Below, one piece after another: positions 50,750-62,654 of a stretch of DNA of 64,000 nt. Location of the stretch: contig NC_087437.1 of the NCBI RefSeq assembly GCF_036321535.1, forward strand, positions 10,232,001 to 10,296,000, in the 5' to 3' direction. A program made the translations under genes and the position numbers. The DNA is from Camelus dromedarius (lineage: Eukaryota). Numbering within the stretch: position 1 is the stretch's first letter; each line of letters starts with the position of its first letter. The notes under the pieces were generated by a model. That model did no database searches, was not told the origin of the DNA, and was given only the letters and a program-made list of their open reading frames with translations.

Positions 50750-52225
50750 ATATGTTGTTATCTCCCAAGTCTACACTCATAACCTCTCCTGTGAAATAGG
50801 GGTCTCCTACTGAAAGTCTCCTCGAATGGCAAGTAAGTATCTCAAATACTGCATGATGCTTGACTTTTCCTCAAAATCTGCTTCTCCCCTGGGTCTCCCC
50901 ATCTCAGTGAATGATACCAGCATCCTTGTGGTTGCTCAAACCAAAAATCTAGGAGTTCTCCTTGGTTCTCTTTTTCCCCACACCCAGTTAATCTCCAGAC
51001 ATATTCGGAATCCCTGTGCTACTTTCCACCTTCAGCCCTACCTCCCAAATCCTTCTCCCACGACAGTCTCCTCTCATATGATGCTCCAACACCCCTGACT
51101 TTCCTGCTGCTCCTCAATTACCAGTTCTCCATTCTTCACACTAGCTATCTCAGGTCATCCCTGCCCTCGTGCTTGTTAACTCTGTCCTCTGCCTCGATTG
51201 CTTGTACTCCTGGTCTGGACAACAGAAGCTCCTTCTTGTCACTCAAATCTTGGCTTAAGAGTCTGCTCCTCAAAGATGCCTTCCCTGACCATGCAACATA
51301 AAGAAGATATCAGGAAGTTTTATTGTATCTCCTTATTTAAACTTGTTGCAAATCTGTCATCATTATCTGATAGTTTTTTTTTTTTTAATGAAGTATAGTC
51401 AGTTACAATGTGTCAATCTCTGGTGTACCAGTAGTACATATACATACATATATTCATTTTCATATTCTTTTTCATTAAAGGCTACTACAAGATATTGAAT
51501 ATAGTTCCCCGTGCTATACAGAAGAAACTTGTTTTTTTAAATCTATTTTTATATATAGTAGTTAATATTTGCAAATCTCGAGCTCCCAATTTTATCCCTT
51601 CCTATCCCTTCCTCCTGGGCAAGCACAAGATTGTTTACTATGTCTGGATGTCTGTTTCTGTTTTGTAAATAAGTTCATTTGTCTTTTATTAAATTCCACA
51701 TGTAAGTGATATCATATGGTCTTTTTCTCTCTCTTTCTGGCTTACTTCACTTAGAATGGCATTCTCCAGGTCCATCCATGTTGCTGCAAATGGCATTATT
51801 TTATTCCTTTTTAGGGCTGAGTAGTATTCCATTGTATATACAGCTTCTTTATCCAATCATTTGTCAATGAGCATTTAGGTTGTTTCCATGTCATGGCTAT
51901 TGTAAATAGTGCTGCTATGAATACTGGGGTGCATGTATCTTTTCAAATTAGAGTTCCCTTCAGATATATGTCCTGAAGTGGGATTACTGGATCATATGTC
52001 TATTTTTAGTTTTTTGAGGAATCTCCATACTGTTTTCCATAATGGTTGCACCTATCTGATAGTTTTTATTGTTTATTTATTCAGTGGCTTATTGTCTGCC
52101 TTTCCACCTTATAAAAAGACTAGAGACCTTACCTGTCTTTGTCCCCACTGAACACTCAGTGCCAAAAATAGTGCCCTGCCTAAAACAGGAGCTCAGCAAA
52201 CATTTATTGAATGAGTCAATGAGTG
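50750..52225 (+). mobile_element. L2 interrupted by L1
   Basis: cccatctcagtgaatgataccagcatcc...gttgctcaaaccaaaaatctaggagt; 3' end gagctcagcaaacatttattgaatgagtcaatgag. Confidence 0.8.
51379..52052 (-). mobile_element. L1 3' end inserted in L2
   Basis: 15-bp TSD tatctgatagttttt at 51364-51378 and 52053-52067. Confidence 0.92.
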
Positions 52226-52284
52226 GCAGCCACTGAAAATTGGATAATCAGGTCTAAAACCAGACCTACAGATAAAGGAATGCA

Positions 52285-52500
52285 TGTACTCTGGGCTCTA
52301 TGTTAGCCACTTTTACATGAGTTATCTTTTTTAATTAATCAACATTGCTCTGCAGTAGATTGTATTATGATAATCGCCAATGTCTAAGTCAATGAAACAA
52401 AAATTCAAGGAAGTTAATTTGCCCAAGTTCAAACTGCTAAGGAATGCAAAGATAAGTCTGACTGTAGAACCCAGCCCCTTCCTACAGTCACACTTGCTGG
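52285..52500 (-). mobile_element. MIR SINE
   Basis: aatgaaacaaaaattcaaggaagttaatttgcccaagttc. Confidence 0.6.
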
Positions 52501-53449
52501 CTATCAGATCATAGTCCTTCATTCATTTCTCTTTTTTCTTGGCAATGGAAAATAGGCATTCAAAATCAAACTATTATTTCTTTATCATACACTAGCAAAA
52601 TTTCTCACATTCCAGCTATATTTTATGCAAAGAACTACCAGCTATCTGCTTTTCATACTAACCAAGGAGAAAGGAGATTTGTATAGCAATAGAAGTTTAA
52701 TAATAAAAATATATTTCACATTTGTCTTTTAAAAAACACATATATATATATATACTCAGCTCATTGGGCTAAGCTGTCCTTTGGCTGAAGCTTGCTAATA
52801 AGCAGCCTGGATTCAGTCTCTTTCCCCTTCTTCCCTTCCTCCTCCTTCCCCTCCCCTCCTCCTCCTTTTTCTTTCTCTCTTTCTCTTTCTCATTCATATT
52901 GCTGTTGGAGTTTAAACCATATCACACGAATGTTATCTGGGGACTAGAACCATGGGCAAGAAACTTGGCATCTCTATGCTTTAGTTTCTTCCTCTACATA
53001 CACCCCAAGGGCTCCCAAGTTTTCCCACCTTTTGGGGGGACAGTGGGGAAAAAAGTATTTGTGGACCAGTCCAGTTTCTCAAAGTAAAAAAGATGGTCAT
53101 TCCCCACAGATAAATTTCACTGCTTCTCGGGAATGTAGAAAACACACCAGATTTTAACAAATAGAGCCATTTTTATCTTTTGGCCCACTACACATGAAGA
53201 GAGGGGATGGTACCAGATGGCCGCTGAGACCCCTGCCAGCCCCGGCCTCCCAGGAATCAACAAGCAGAATGGAAAGAACACAGGCTTTTAAGGAAAACAG
53301 ACCTAAATCCTAACAATGAATCTCTCAGAACCTCCATTAGTCCGTGAAATCGATGTAATAAATTTACTAATCATCATGGTTGTGAAGACTGGTAAGGGCT
53401 TAGTACAAGGACTAGCACGTACATATTTTAAGTGGTGGTCATCTTGATT

Positions 53450-54480
53450 ATTATGGGTGGACTTGTGTCCCCCCCCCCCAAAAGAAAAAAGATACATGGA
53501 CACCCTAACCCTACACACCGCAGAATGTGACCTTATTTGGAGAAAGGATTACTTCTTTTCAGAAGTAATTACGTTAAATGAGGTCATGAGGGTGGACCCT
53601 AATCCGATATGACTGGTGTCCTTATAAAAAGAGAAAATTTGGACACAGAGACAGACATGTAACAGGGAGAATGTCCTGTGAAGATGAAAGCAGAGACTGG
53701 AGGGACCAAGGACTACCACAGCCCGCAGCAAGCTCCCAGAATCCAGGCATCAGGCACGGGACAGGTTCCCCACGGCAGCCCTCAGAAGGAGTCGTTTTAA
53801 CAATGTTGATTCTTCCAATCGAAGAACATGGTTCATCTTTCCATCTGTTTGTGCCCTCTTCAGTTTCTTTCAACAGTGTCTTATAGTTTTCAGAGTACGG
53901 GTCTTTTGCCCAGCCCCTCCCCCCAGTAGGTTTATTTGTAGGTATTTTATTCTTAAGGTAAATGGGATTATTTTCTTTTTCCAATATTTCATTGTTAGTG
54001 TGTAGAAATGCAACTGATTTCTGTGTATTAGCTTTGTACCCTGCAACTTTACCAAATTCATTGATTGATGAGCTCTAATTTTCTGGTAGCGTCTTTAGGA
54101 CTTTCTATGTATAGTGTCATGTCATCTGCAAAGAGTGGCAATTTTACTTCTCCTTTTCCAATCTGGATTCCTTTTATTTCTTTTTCTTCTCCGATTGCTG
54201 TGACTAGGACTTCCAAAACCATGTCAAATGAAAGTGGTGAGAGTGGGCATCCTGGTCTTTTTCCTGACCTTAGAGGAAATATTTTCAGCTTTTCACCATT
54301 GAGAATGATGTTAGCTATGGGTGTGTCATGTATGGCCTTTATTACATTGAGGTATGTTCCCTCTATGCCCACTTTCTGGAGAGTTTTTAATCATAAATGA
54401 ATGTTGAATTTTATCCAAAGCTTTGCCAACACCTTGAGCTTGGACTTCCAGCCTCCAGAACTGTGAGGCAATCAATTACT
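53450..54480 (+). mobile_element. MaLR MLT1B/C-like LTR interrupted by an L1 fragment
   Basis: gaatgtgaccttatttggaga...gggtggaccctaatccgatatgactggtgtcctt...gccctcagaagga | tgccaacaccttgagcttggacttccagcctccagaactgtgag. Confidence 0.85.
53791..54423 (-). mobile_element. Internal L1 ORF2 reverse-transcriptase fragment, no tail or TSD
   Basis: ORF 54058-54372 contains GCPLSP and LFADDM RT motifs. Confidence 0.92.
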
Positions 54481-54532
54481 ATCATGTGGCTAAATGTTCC
54501 TAGTACATTTGTAAATTTTTTTGCACCTAGAA

Positions 54533-54718
54533 GTCAATGGTTTTCAAATGTTTTTGACAGCAAGCTCAGGAAACAAATATTTTACAGTCACAAGTAATAT
54601 AAAATGATACTGTCTGTTATGATCTAAAATGCAATCTGATATTTTCTATTCTGTTATTTCCAATCTGGATGTGACCCACCAATTTGATTTCACAATCTCT
54701 AGTGGTTAAGAACACTAC
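54533..54718. mobile_element. Probable hAT-Charlie relic
   Basis: caatggttttcaaatgtttttgac...gtgacccaccaatttgatttcacaa...aagaacact. Confidence 0.4.
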
Positions 54719-55255
54719 CCACTGAGATATACGAGGCTGGACTACAGACTCCTTCAGAGCAAAGACACATCTCTGCTCCCATGACACCCAACCCAACCCT
54801 GGACTTGTTATTAATCACATAAATCATTAACGATTGACTTTCAAGGCCAAGATATATTTGATAACTTTTTATGCCACTACTTTGGGCTTCATTAATAAAC
54901 CTGGGCCAAAATAGTTCAATACCTGTAGGAATTTAAAAATTGTTGTTTCCTAGTTCTACCAGAAAAGTGTGTGCCAATGATTGGTGGATGTTCTTAGATC
55001 CAATCATATTAGTATAAAAAATGCATACTGGATGCTTCTTTGATACAAGATTAGTTCTACCCTGGATGGCATTAACTCTGTCCAAGGGCACTGATATTCC
55101 TCATGCTTTGTATCACCCCCGCCCCCAAAATCAGTGTATGTAAGTCACATGTCCATGTAATTAAAAGATAGCTTATTTTTTTCATCAGAGTATCTATATG
55201 TATTGGGGAAGGAAAGGAATGCATCCCAGTATTTCATGTCACTTTATTACATTTT

Positions 55256-55458
55256 TAAACATATTTTATTGATTTATAATCATTTTACAATGTTGTGTCA
55301 AATTCCAGTGTAGAGCACAATTTTTCAGTTATACATGAACATATATATACATTCAGTGTCACATTTCTTTCTCTGTGAGCTACCATAAGATCTTGTATAT
55401 ATTTCCCTGTACTATACAATATAATCTTGTTTATCTATTCTACAATTTTGAAATCCCA
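55256..55458 (-). mobile_element. L1 3' end (young type, as at 11212)
   Basis: Very similar to the reverse complement of ~11660-11855; flanks tacatttt at 55248-55255 and 55459-55466. Confidence 0.88.
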
Positions 55459-56150
55459 TACATTTTAAAAGAAATTATGCCAAATAAATATGAGATAAAA
55501 AGTGATCAACACTTCTCACTGGTGAAGTAAGATGCTAGTCAAAAGATGTGCTGTACTTTTGAGAATGTCTGTGAGTGCGTTAGGTATCTATGTGTATTCC
55601 CTTGATTAACAACTCAAAAATAAATATAAGCCAATAATAAAGCAACAAATAATTATTCAGTGACTTTTATTTCTGCAAGGAACTATGGTTAATATAAAAT
55701 TATATGACACATAATTTCTTCTCTTGAGAACTTGCTTAAAGTTTAGTGGAACTGAAGGGATATAGGGCTCCCTGACTAGGTGCCATGTGACTCAAGTGCA
55801 CCCCTGACTGCCCACTGCCATTGCCTCCCAAATCACCTCCCAAATCACCCCCATCCACCATCACCACCAAAGTAGCTCCCAATGAATTAAATGGTATGAG
55901 TAGAGATAAAACTACATGGACATTAAAAACTAGGGTTGGGAATCATTCATATGCCAAAAAACTACCATTACTCTTGACACCACCCCGATGGGGACCACCA
56001 GCTTATGCCTCCAACTTTTCTCCCGGTGTTGGCAACCACATGATGAAGAAAACGCCCCTCCCTTCCGTCATCCCTGGGGCAAACATGAGTGCTTCAGTGC
56101 TCCACCTTCAAGGCCCCGTATGTTCAGTTGGATATATGTTTTGAAAACTT

Positions 56151-56204
56151 ACAAAAATAAGACATTTTAACTATGTAACAAAAATAAGATATTTTAACTA
56201 TGTA
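56151..56204. repeat. 27-bp tandem duplication
   Basis: acaaaaataaga(c/t)attttaactatgta x2, 26/27 identical. Confidence 0.95.
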
Positions 56205-56599
56205 TTTCTACTTTGACTTCTCTCCTTGATGTTTCCTTTAATGTAGGGTGATGTGGGAGTGGCCTTAGGCAACCTGGCCAGCCAAGGAAGAGTGGAGTTG
56301 GGGAAATATTTGGTTTGGATTTAGTGGGATCTATTTGTGTGATTCACAGATGATTCTGAGATAGTAAAGTTAATCCCCCAGTGGAATTCTAATGCCCACC
56401 ATGGGAACTTACTCAGTATCAGGACATAAAGTTGGAAGACAAAAAGTTGCATCATGATGTCAATGCTTCTATGCTTCCTACAGTGCCCAGCACCAGATGG
56501 ACAGGAGTTATGGAGGAAAAGCAAGTATTAAAATGTAAGAAGCCAGAAGTCAGTCTGTGGCACACTCTTCTACAACTTGTCTCTCATAGATGAAAGAAA

Positions 56600-56825
56600 C
56601 TTGATAAGAGCTTTGCCAAATCTGACAACACTAAAAATACACATATTAATATCCATAAGAAGTAGCGAGAAAGAGACTTTTCAAATGATGAACAATGAAA
56701 AATTAATTCCATAGAACATTAATTTAAAACAATAAGTTAAATAAATAAAAAAGAAACACAAGCAATCCATTATAAAGGAAATACTAATGTATCTTTCTAA
56801 TCTCTTTGAAATAGTGATTGGAGTC
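56600..56825 (+). mobile_element. Possible degenerate hAT (Tip100/Zaphod-like) transposase C-terminal relic
   Basis: ttgccaaatctgacaac...gaaagagacttttcaaa...tatctttctaatctct resembles the hAT dimerisation-domain coding region. Confidence 0.35.
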
Positions 56826-57199
56826 AATGTAGGCAAAAAAAAAGGTGAGAAAATTCCTAGAGGTGTGTCAAGAAGTAGAGAGTCAGCTTCATGGCAGGAG
56901 ATCTCAGAAAATGCCACATACACACACACATATCCTTTCTGGAGAAAGGGTTTGCCCTGAAGTGAAACCTACATATTTTTCAATTGCCGAAGGATGTAAG
57001 GAAGACAGGTAGGAGACAGAGAAAGGAGACAAATACAAAGAAGACTCAGAAAGAGCAGTGAAATAATCAGAGGCCCAAATACCTCCTGACACACCAGGAT
57101 AAATGATCTTCCTAAAAGGAATGCCTATAAATAGCCAGACCAGGAAAGTGCAACTCATTCTTCCTGGAAAGAGTAGTAAAAAATTGGTACAACCTCAAT

Positions 57200-58440
57200 A
57201 CACCAATATGACAAGAAAAATGGTGGGGAAAAGTAGCAACGCTTACCAGACAAAAACATCCACCAGGGAAAGGTTGTTACAGAAGAGAGGAAAATAGTGA
57301 CCAAGTATTTTTGCCATAAATTTTTTGAAGCTATTTATCTCTAAAAAGTAAGCCCATGAGGCAGAAATGCAGAAACTTAGAGAACAGAAAATAAGAGGAA
57401 TTGGTGAGCAAAGGAATGAGATGAGTTGAATATTGTGAGAACTCAAGGGAAAAGTTAAAAGAATAAAGGCATTATATGAATGAGAGCTAAATTTAAATGA
57501 CTGTAAGAGAGAGTAAATATTATGGAGGGGGAAACAGTGATTAATATCAATTATGGATAGTAGAAAAGTCGAAACAAGACAAACAAGAGTTTAAAAGGAA
57601 GAAGGAGAAATTGTAAAATGAAATAAAAAACAGGCAAATTTTTCGACCATAAATATACAATCAGCCCTCCATATCCTTGGGTACTGCTCCCACAGATTCA
57701 GCCAACTGTGGATCAAAAATATTAGGGGAAAAAATTCCAAAAAGTTTCAAAAAGCAACACTTGAATTGCCACACCCCAATAACGATATAACATATACGTT
57801 GTATTAGGTATTGTAAGTCATCTAGAGATGATTTCGAGTATAAGGGAGGATGTGTAGGTTACATGCAAATACTACACCATTTTATATAAAGGACTTGAGC
57901 ATCCTTGGATGCTTTCTGTATTGAAAGTTGGCCTTCCATATTGAAATGGCATACTGCATGTCTGAGAAAACTTACCCAAGATAGTTAGGACCAAGAAAAA
58001 TCCTAGCCAAATTATTGGAATTTAAAGTTTTAAAGAAACCACTTTGTCAGGCAAATTGACCTAGATACCTCTAAGGGGAAAAAACAAGCCTCCGATCAGA
58101 TTTTTCTACAACATCATTCAAAGCCAAAGACAGCAGAGCAACTTCTAGAAGACCTTCAACAAGAAAAGCATGAGCAGAGGATCTTTTAGACAGCCACGCT
58201 GTCTTTCTGAACAAAGCCTACAGAAATACAGTGTTGCACATGTAACTCAGGGAATGTTTTTCTCGTGAGCCCTTCTGAAAGTAACATCTAGACAATAAAT
58301 TTTAGCCAACCGAGAGATGACTGGGGAAACCATGGCAAAATGACCGACAGTGTACATTAAGTAAATTTAACTGCAGAACCAAGGTTTAAAGAAGTGTGAG
58401 GATCATGGGGACATCAGATTATAAACATCAAATAGGTAAT
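57200..58440 (+). mobile_element. Old L1 ORF1-like / HAL1 region
   Basis: A-rich; ttccatattgaaatggcatactg...tcagatttttctacaacatcattcaaagccaaagacag. Confidence 0.55.
57658..57912. mobile_element. Tigger MER2-like, truncated, opposite orientation to the 27938 copy
   Basis: TA|caatcagccctccatatcc...tgcaaatactacaccattttatataaaggacttgagcatcc. Confidence 0.82.
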
Positions 58441-58723
58441 ACTCTGTGCCAAGCAATTGTCATCATGGCTGTATTCCCTAAAGAAACAATTGTATACAAG
58501 AAGTTATCTTCAAGAATTTTATTGTGGCATCATTTATTTTAAAACATTGAAACAAACTGAAGCAAAAAAAAAAAAAAAAAAAGAAATCGAAACAATCTAA
58601 CTGTTCATGAAAATCCAAATGCATGCAAAACAGTGCTACCCAATGCTTATGGATAAATATATAGTTAAAATCAGGACTGGCTACATAATTTGTAGGGCTT
58701 AGTGCAAAATGACAATGTGGGGC

Positions 58724-59207
58724 TGTAATACAGTATTTCGCAAGGGCTGTCTTGACCTAGTTTTGAAGTTGTGTCTGAAAACCTCAATTTCCCTTACCAG
58801 CAGTTTGCTAAACCCCCACCTCAACCACTTCCCTTGTCGGAGTCTCACTTTCTGGAGCCACTATGCACACACTCAACCACCTCCCTTATCAGGGACCCCA
58901 CACTCCAGGGCCAACGACCAGACCACGAGAGGCAGCCCCTTTGCCCCGTAGCCTGTGAAATTATTAAAATTAGCCAATCCACAGGGTCAGGAAGAAACCT
59001 AGCTCACCCCATCGCCAGCCCGCCTTACATACGCTGTTACAGTGAACACCTGCAGGCCACTGTTACCCTATCCGAGGGCAACCTTCTGTGTGGCCCCGAT
59101 GGGCAGTCTTCTCCCATCTGTGGCTGTAAGAAAGAGTTCTGCCTTCCATCTGAGAGTCCTGTGTGGTGTATCCCACCAGCAAAAGAATCTTTAAATCTTA
59201 CAAAACA
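58724..59207 (+). mobile_element. ERVL-class solo LTR (MER74/MER54-like)
   Basis: TG...CA ends with perfect 5-bp TSD ggggc at 58719-58723 and 59208-59212. Confidence 0.82.
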
Positions 59208-59252
59208 GGGGCCACTTGCCTTGTTCAAAAATAAGAGCATTAAAAGAAGCAT

Positions 59253-59376
59253 GGGGGCAAGAAGGGTACAGCTCAGCAGAGTGCGTGCCTAGCATGCATG
59301 AGGTCCTGGGTTCAATACCCAGTCCCTCCATAAAAATAATAAATAAATAAAGCTAATTAGCTACCCCCCCCCAAAA
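59253..59376 (+). mobile_element. tRNA-derived SINE (vic-1-like)
   Basis: gggtacagctcag...gcatgcatgaggtcctgggttcaatacccagtccctcc, (AAAT)n, ctaattagctaccccc. Confidence 0.85.
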
Positions 59377-59814
59377 TGCACAAGACCCTTCTAAACATGA
59401 TCATATGCGTAAAGCTGGCCCTGGTTAAATCTCTGAAACACGTGTGACTCACAAACATTGAATTCAGAACAGTACTGATTTCTAGAGATGGAAGGAAAGC
59501 AGGCTAGCAAAGAGAACTGTATCTAGGACCTTCATTTTGGTTTATAAAAATATCTGAGTCAAATATGGCAAAACATTAAGGTTTGATAAAGCCACAGGTG
59601 ATGGATAAATGGGTGTTTCTCATATTTTCTGAACGCTTGAACTATTTCACTTTTTAAAAACTGGTTATTACAGTAGTATGATTCATGCAGAGAACAGTTT
59701 ACAATTAAATGCTAGGTCAGTGTTCCAAATTCTTTACAACGCATTTCAGAGCCTACGAACTTTAAGTTAGGTATTGAAAGCAGACTGTAAATGAAGGGAA
59801 ACGAATTTAGGAGC

Positions 59815-60023
59815 AGGGAAACAGAAAGTGGAAAGGTGGCCAGTGGCTGGGGGAGAGGGGAGGGGGATGCAGTTCAGTGGGTACAAAGTTTGTCATGTGA
59901 GATGAAAAAGTCCTAGAGATCCAGTTTAGTACATTGTGCTATTTATAGTTAACCATACTATTCACCATACACTTGAACATCTGGTAAGAAATTAGCTCTC
60001 ATGTTATGTGTTTTTTTCACCGC

Positions 60024-60055
<32 letters not shown>
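59815..60055 (+). mobile_element. L1MA/MB-type 3' end with A28 tail
   Basis: gggtacaaagttt...gatgaaaaagtcctagagatc...ctcatgttatgtgtttttt; poly(A) at 60028-60055. Confidence 0.8.
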
Positions 60056-60058
<3 letters not shown>

Positions 60059-60632
60059 ACCTTGGAGATTAGTTTATGTTCCCTAAGCTTTAATTTACCC
60101 AACATTTAAATGACATGAATAATTTGGTGTATTTTTAGCATTATAGTAAAATTTAAAGAATATAAGTTAATCATATAATACAGTATTTTTAGCATTGGTA
60201 AATATTATTATTATCACCATGTCATTGAAAAATGCAAGTGGTTCACAAACAAGGAGAAGACAACAAACAAATCAAAAAAGTGGGAAGAAACATTATCTTA
60301 ATATAAAGTGCAAAGAAGGATGAATCAAAATAAATTACAAATATCCTCCCCAAAATGTAAAGAAAATACATATACTTGTATATGTGCTTCTTTCTGAACT
60401 TTCTCCTTTTCTAGCATGAAAATAAAATCGAGATTCATGATTTCTCTGCATAAGGTCTACCATCTATTAATTTTTTAAAATATTTTTCTTTTTTAACTGT
60501 TATCTGAAGACAGGAACATGTATTGGTGCCAAGATTTATGAGAGAACAGCATAGGTAAGACTGCTTGATTAGAACAAACGGCAAAATTTAGTAGATTAGC
60601 TGCCGTCTTCTGGGTTTTTTGGTTTAGTTTTT

Positions 60633-60777
60633 GTGTGTGTGTTTTTTGTTTGTTTGTTTGTTTTGAGGGGGGGGTATGATTATCTGTTTATTTATTTTTA
60701 ATGGAGGTACCGGGGATTGAACCCAGGACCTCATGCATGCTAAGAACATGCTCTACCATTGAGCTATGCCCTCCCCC
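60633..60777 (-). mobile_element. tRNA-derived SINE (vic-1-like)
   Basis: ggaggtaccggggattgaacccaggacctcatgcatgctaag...gagctatgccctccccc; possible TSD tagtttt. Confidence 0.88.
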
Positions 60778-60879
60778 TAGTTTTGTTTATAAATTCACTA
60801 TTCTTTAGGAAATTCATGCAGGGAGAATGTCAGAAATTTTATTTAATATTGCTGGTTCCATGTCCGCCGCAGAGAGCAG

Positions 60880-61510
60880 AAATGACCACATGGCAAATTG
60901 TAGCGTCGAGTCTCAGAAGGCAGGATCCCATCAGAAACACAAGGTCTTCATGTGATTTTATTCCTGGGGGTGGGCGTTGCCAGGGCAACAGGATGTCTTC
61001 CGTTTGCTCGTCTGGGCCGCGCCACGCCCTCCCTTCTCCGGGGCTCCGGGCTGACCCACGCGCAGCTCGTCAAAGGGCGCCCTTGCTGCCTGTGGCTTCC
61101 AGATGGTTTGGTTTTAGTCAAGCGGGGACAGTGGCAGGAGACTGGAAAGGGGGTGACAGTGAAGTCAGGTATTGGCTGCTACCTCATCCCCAGTTTGCAG
61201 TTTGCATCCCACACCTTGACTCCTCCGCCTGCAGTTCCATGGGCAGCCGTCTCTGTAGAGCTCCCCGCCTGCCCTTCTTGTGCAGAGGTGCACGTGGTCA
61301 CCCCACAGCTGCTCGCCTCGGGGCGCTGCACTGCTCTTCCCTGACTCCTGCATACCCCTTGATTAAGCTCTTCTCAAGGCACCCGATTTGAGGGTGCCAT
61401 TGATGTCTTGCTGGAACAGGGAGGAGAGGAAAGTACATTATCAAAATGAGTGCCCCGCAGGTGACTCAGCCACCCAGCCCGCCCCCACCACCACTGTTAG
61501 TGCCGCTATT
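60880..61510. promoter_or_regulatory. GC/CpG-rich promoter- or enhancer-like element
   Basis: Local CpG enrichment; RFX X-box GTTGCCAGGGCAAC 60976-60989; KLF/SP GCCACGCCC 61021-61029; E-box CACGTG 61291-61296; AP-1/ARE TGACTCAGC 61462-61470. Confidence 0.65.
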
Positions 61511-62326
61511 TTAGTGGGGGAAAAGAAAGTAGAATTAAGTAAATGCTATGCAGTTAAATATACTAAATTATTATGAGCACCATAATTGTAATTATTCCAT
61601 GAGTCTGAAACAAGTTTGTATTTGGCAGAAGGCTTTAAATCATGTAATTTACACCCCATCCCCGAAACATGTAAGCAGCTTAAGACAGATACTAGCCACT
61701 TTTAAGGAGATGAAGAAACAGAGCGCTGGCCCAAGACAACTAAATGATTTGGAATACAAGGGTTGGAACCCCCGTTTGGGGGATGTAAACTCACTGCGCA
61801 GATTCTAAGTGGTTTCAATGACATTTCCATCTCACTCAAACTACCTACAAGCTTTAATATGCCTGACTTAACACCTTTGTTAGCTCAATACCATAAATAA
61901 TGGCTTTCACCACCTGACAACCTGTGTTGCAAAAGGAGAGGTGAATAGAAATTAATAAGACCTTACACGGGAAGAGTTGGCTGCCAGGTCATTCCCACTC
62001 CCAGTTAAGTATTCTGGGCCAAGTCGAAACTTCCAGAAGGAAGGAAGTTAGTCCCAGAATTTTTCATCTTTTTTCTTTGCGAACTGAACCCAGAGTGCCC
62101 CCCTGTGTATAACGTGGAAATAAAGCCCTACTGTTGCCATTATCATCAAGCGAAGTTTAGGTACGAGTGCTTATTCTTTTGTTGGAAATACGTAATTGTG
62201 GTGGTAGTTTTTAAGCACAGGTTTAACCAGTTGTCATATTATTGGCATCATTATAAGCTATATATTGTTTATAGGTGGAGTCACAGGAATCTTAGAAATG
62301 TGGACAAGTCCAAAAACAAGCCTCCT

Positions 62327-62332
62327 TTTATT
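62327..62332 (-). terminator. Candidate poly(A) signal AATAAA for the minus-strand gene end
   Basis: tttatt on plus strand, ~230 nt past the stop at 62560; followed by a T/GT-rich tract on minus. Confidence 0.35.
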
Positions 62333-62559
62333 CTAAATTAAAATTAAAGACTCAGATATCTAAATGATATTCACATCTTATAACTAGTTATAATTTGAGA
62401 TTAAAAATAGTTAACATAATGTTTAAAACATTGAAAACATTGCTAGGAGAAAGTTAACAAACCCTCACTGTGGGTGTCAAAGACTTTCTCTCATCAGAGC
62501 TTTTACTGTAATAATTTTCCTGCGGTAACTCCCTTCTGCAGCAGAGAACCCCGAACCCC

Positions 62560-62654
62560 TCAGGTATTTTTATCTTGAGCCTTATCAAGTTCTCCATTAT
62601 CTGAGGGCTTGTCAGACAAACCCAGTTCATCAGCCTGCAAAGGACTCAATTTGT
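62560..62654 (-). CDS. Candidate terminal coding exon of an unidentified gene: (H)KLSPLQADELGLSDKPSDNGELDKAQDKNT*
   Basis: ctaac branch-like site and tcttcattgacag| acceptor; phase-1 junction in frame with the upstream exon; TGA at 62562-62560. Confidence 0.5.

Larger units (their letters stand above)
58672..59423 (-). mobile_element. hAT-Tip100 MER45A-like element hosting an LTR and a SINE
   Basis: caggactggctacataatttgt...gtgcaaaatgacaatgtggggc | ccttgttcaaaaat ... aagctggccctg; flanks gttaaaat/gttaaatc. Confidence 0.78.

Noticed and set aside
60759..61391. 210-aa ORF, the longest in the window
   Set aside because: Non-ATG start inside a SINE, runs through GC-rich promoter-like DNA where stops are rare, and has no recognisable domain
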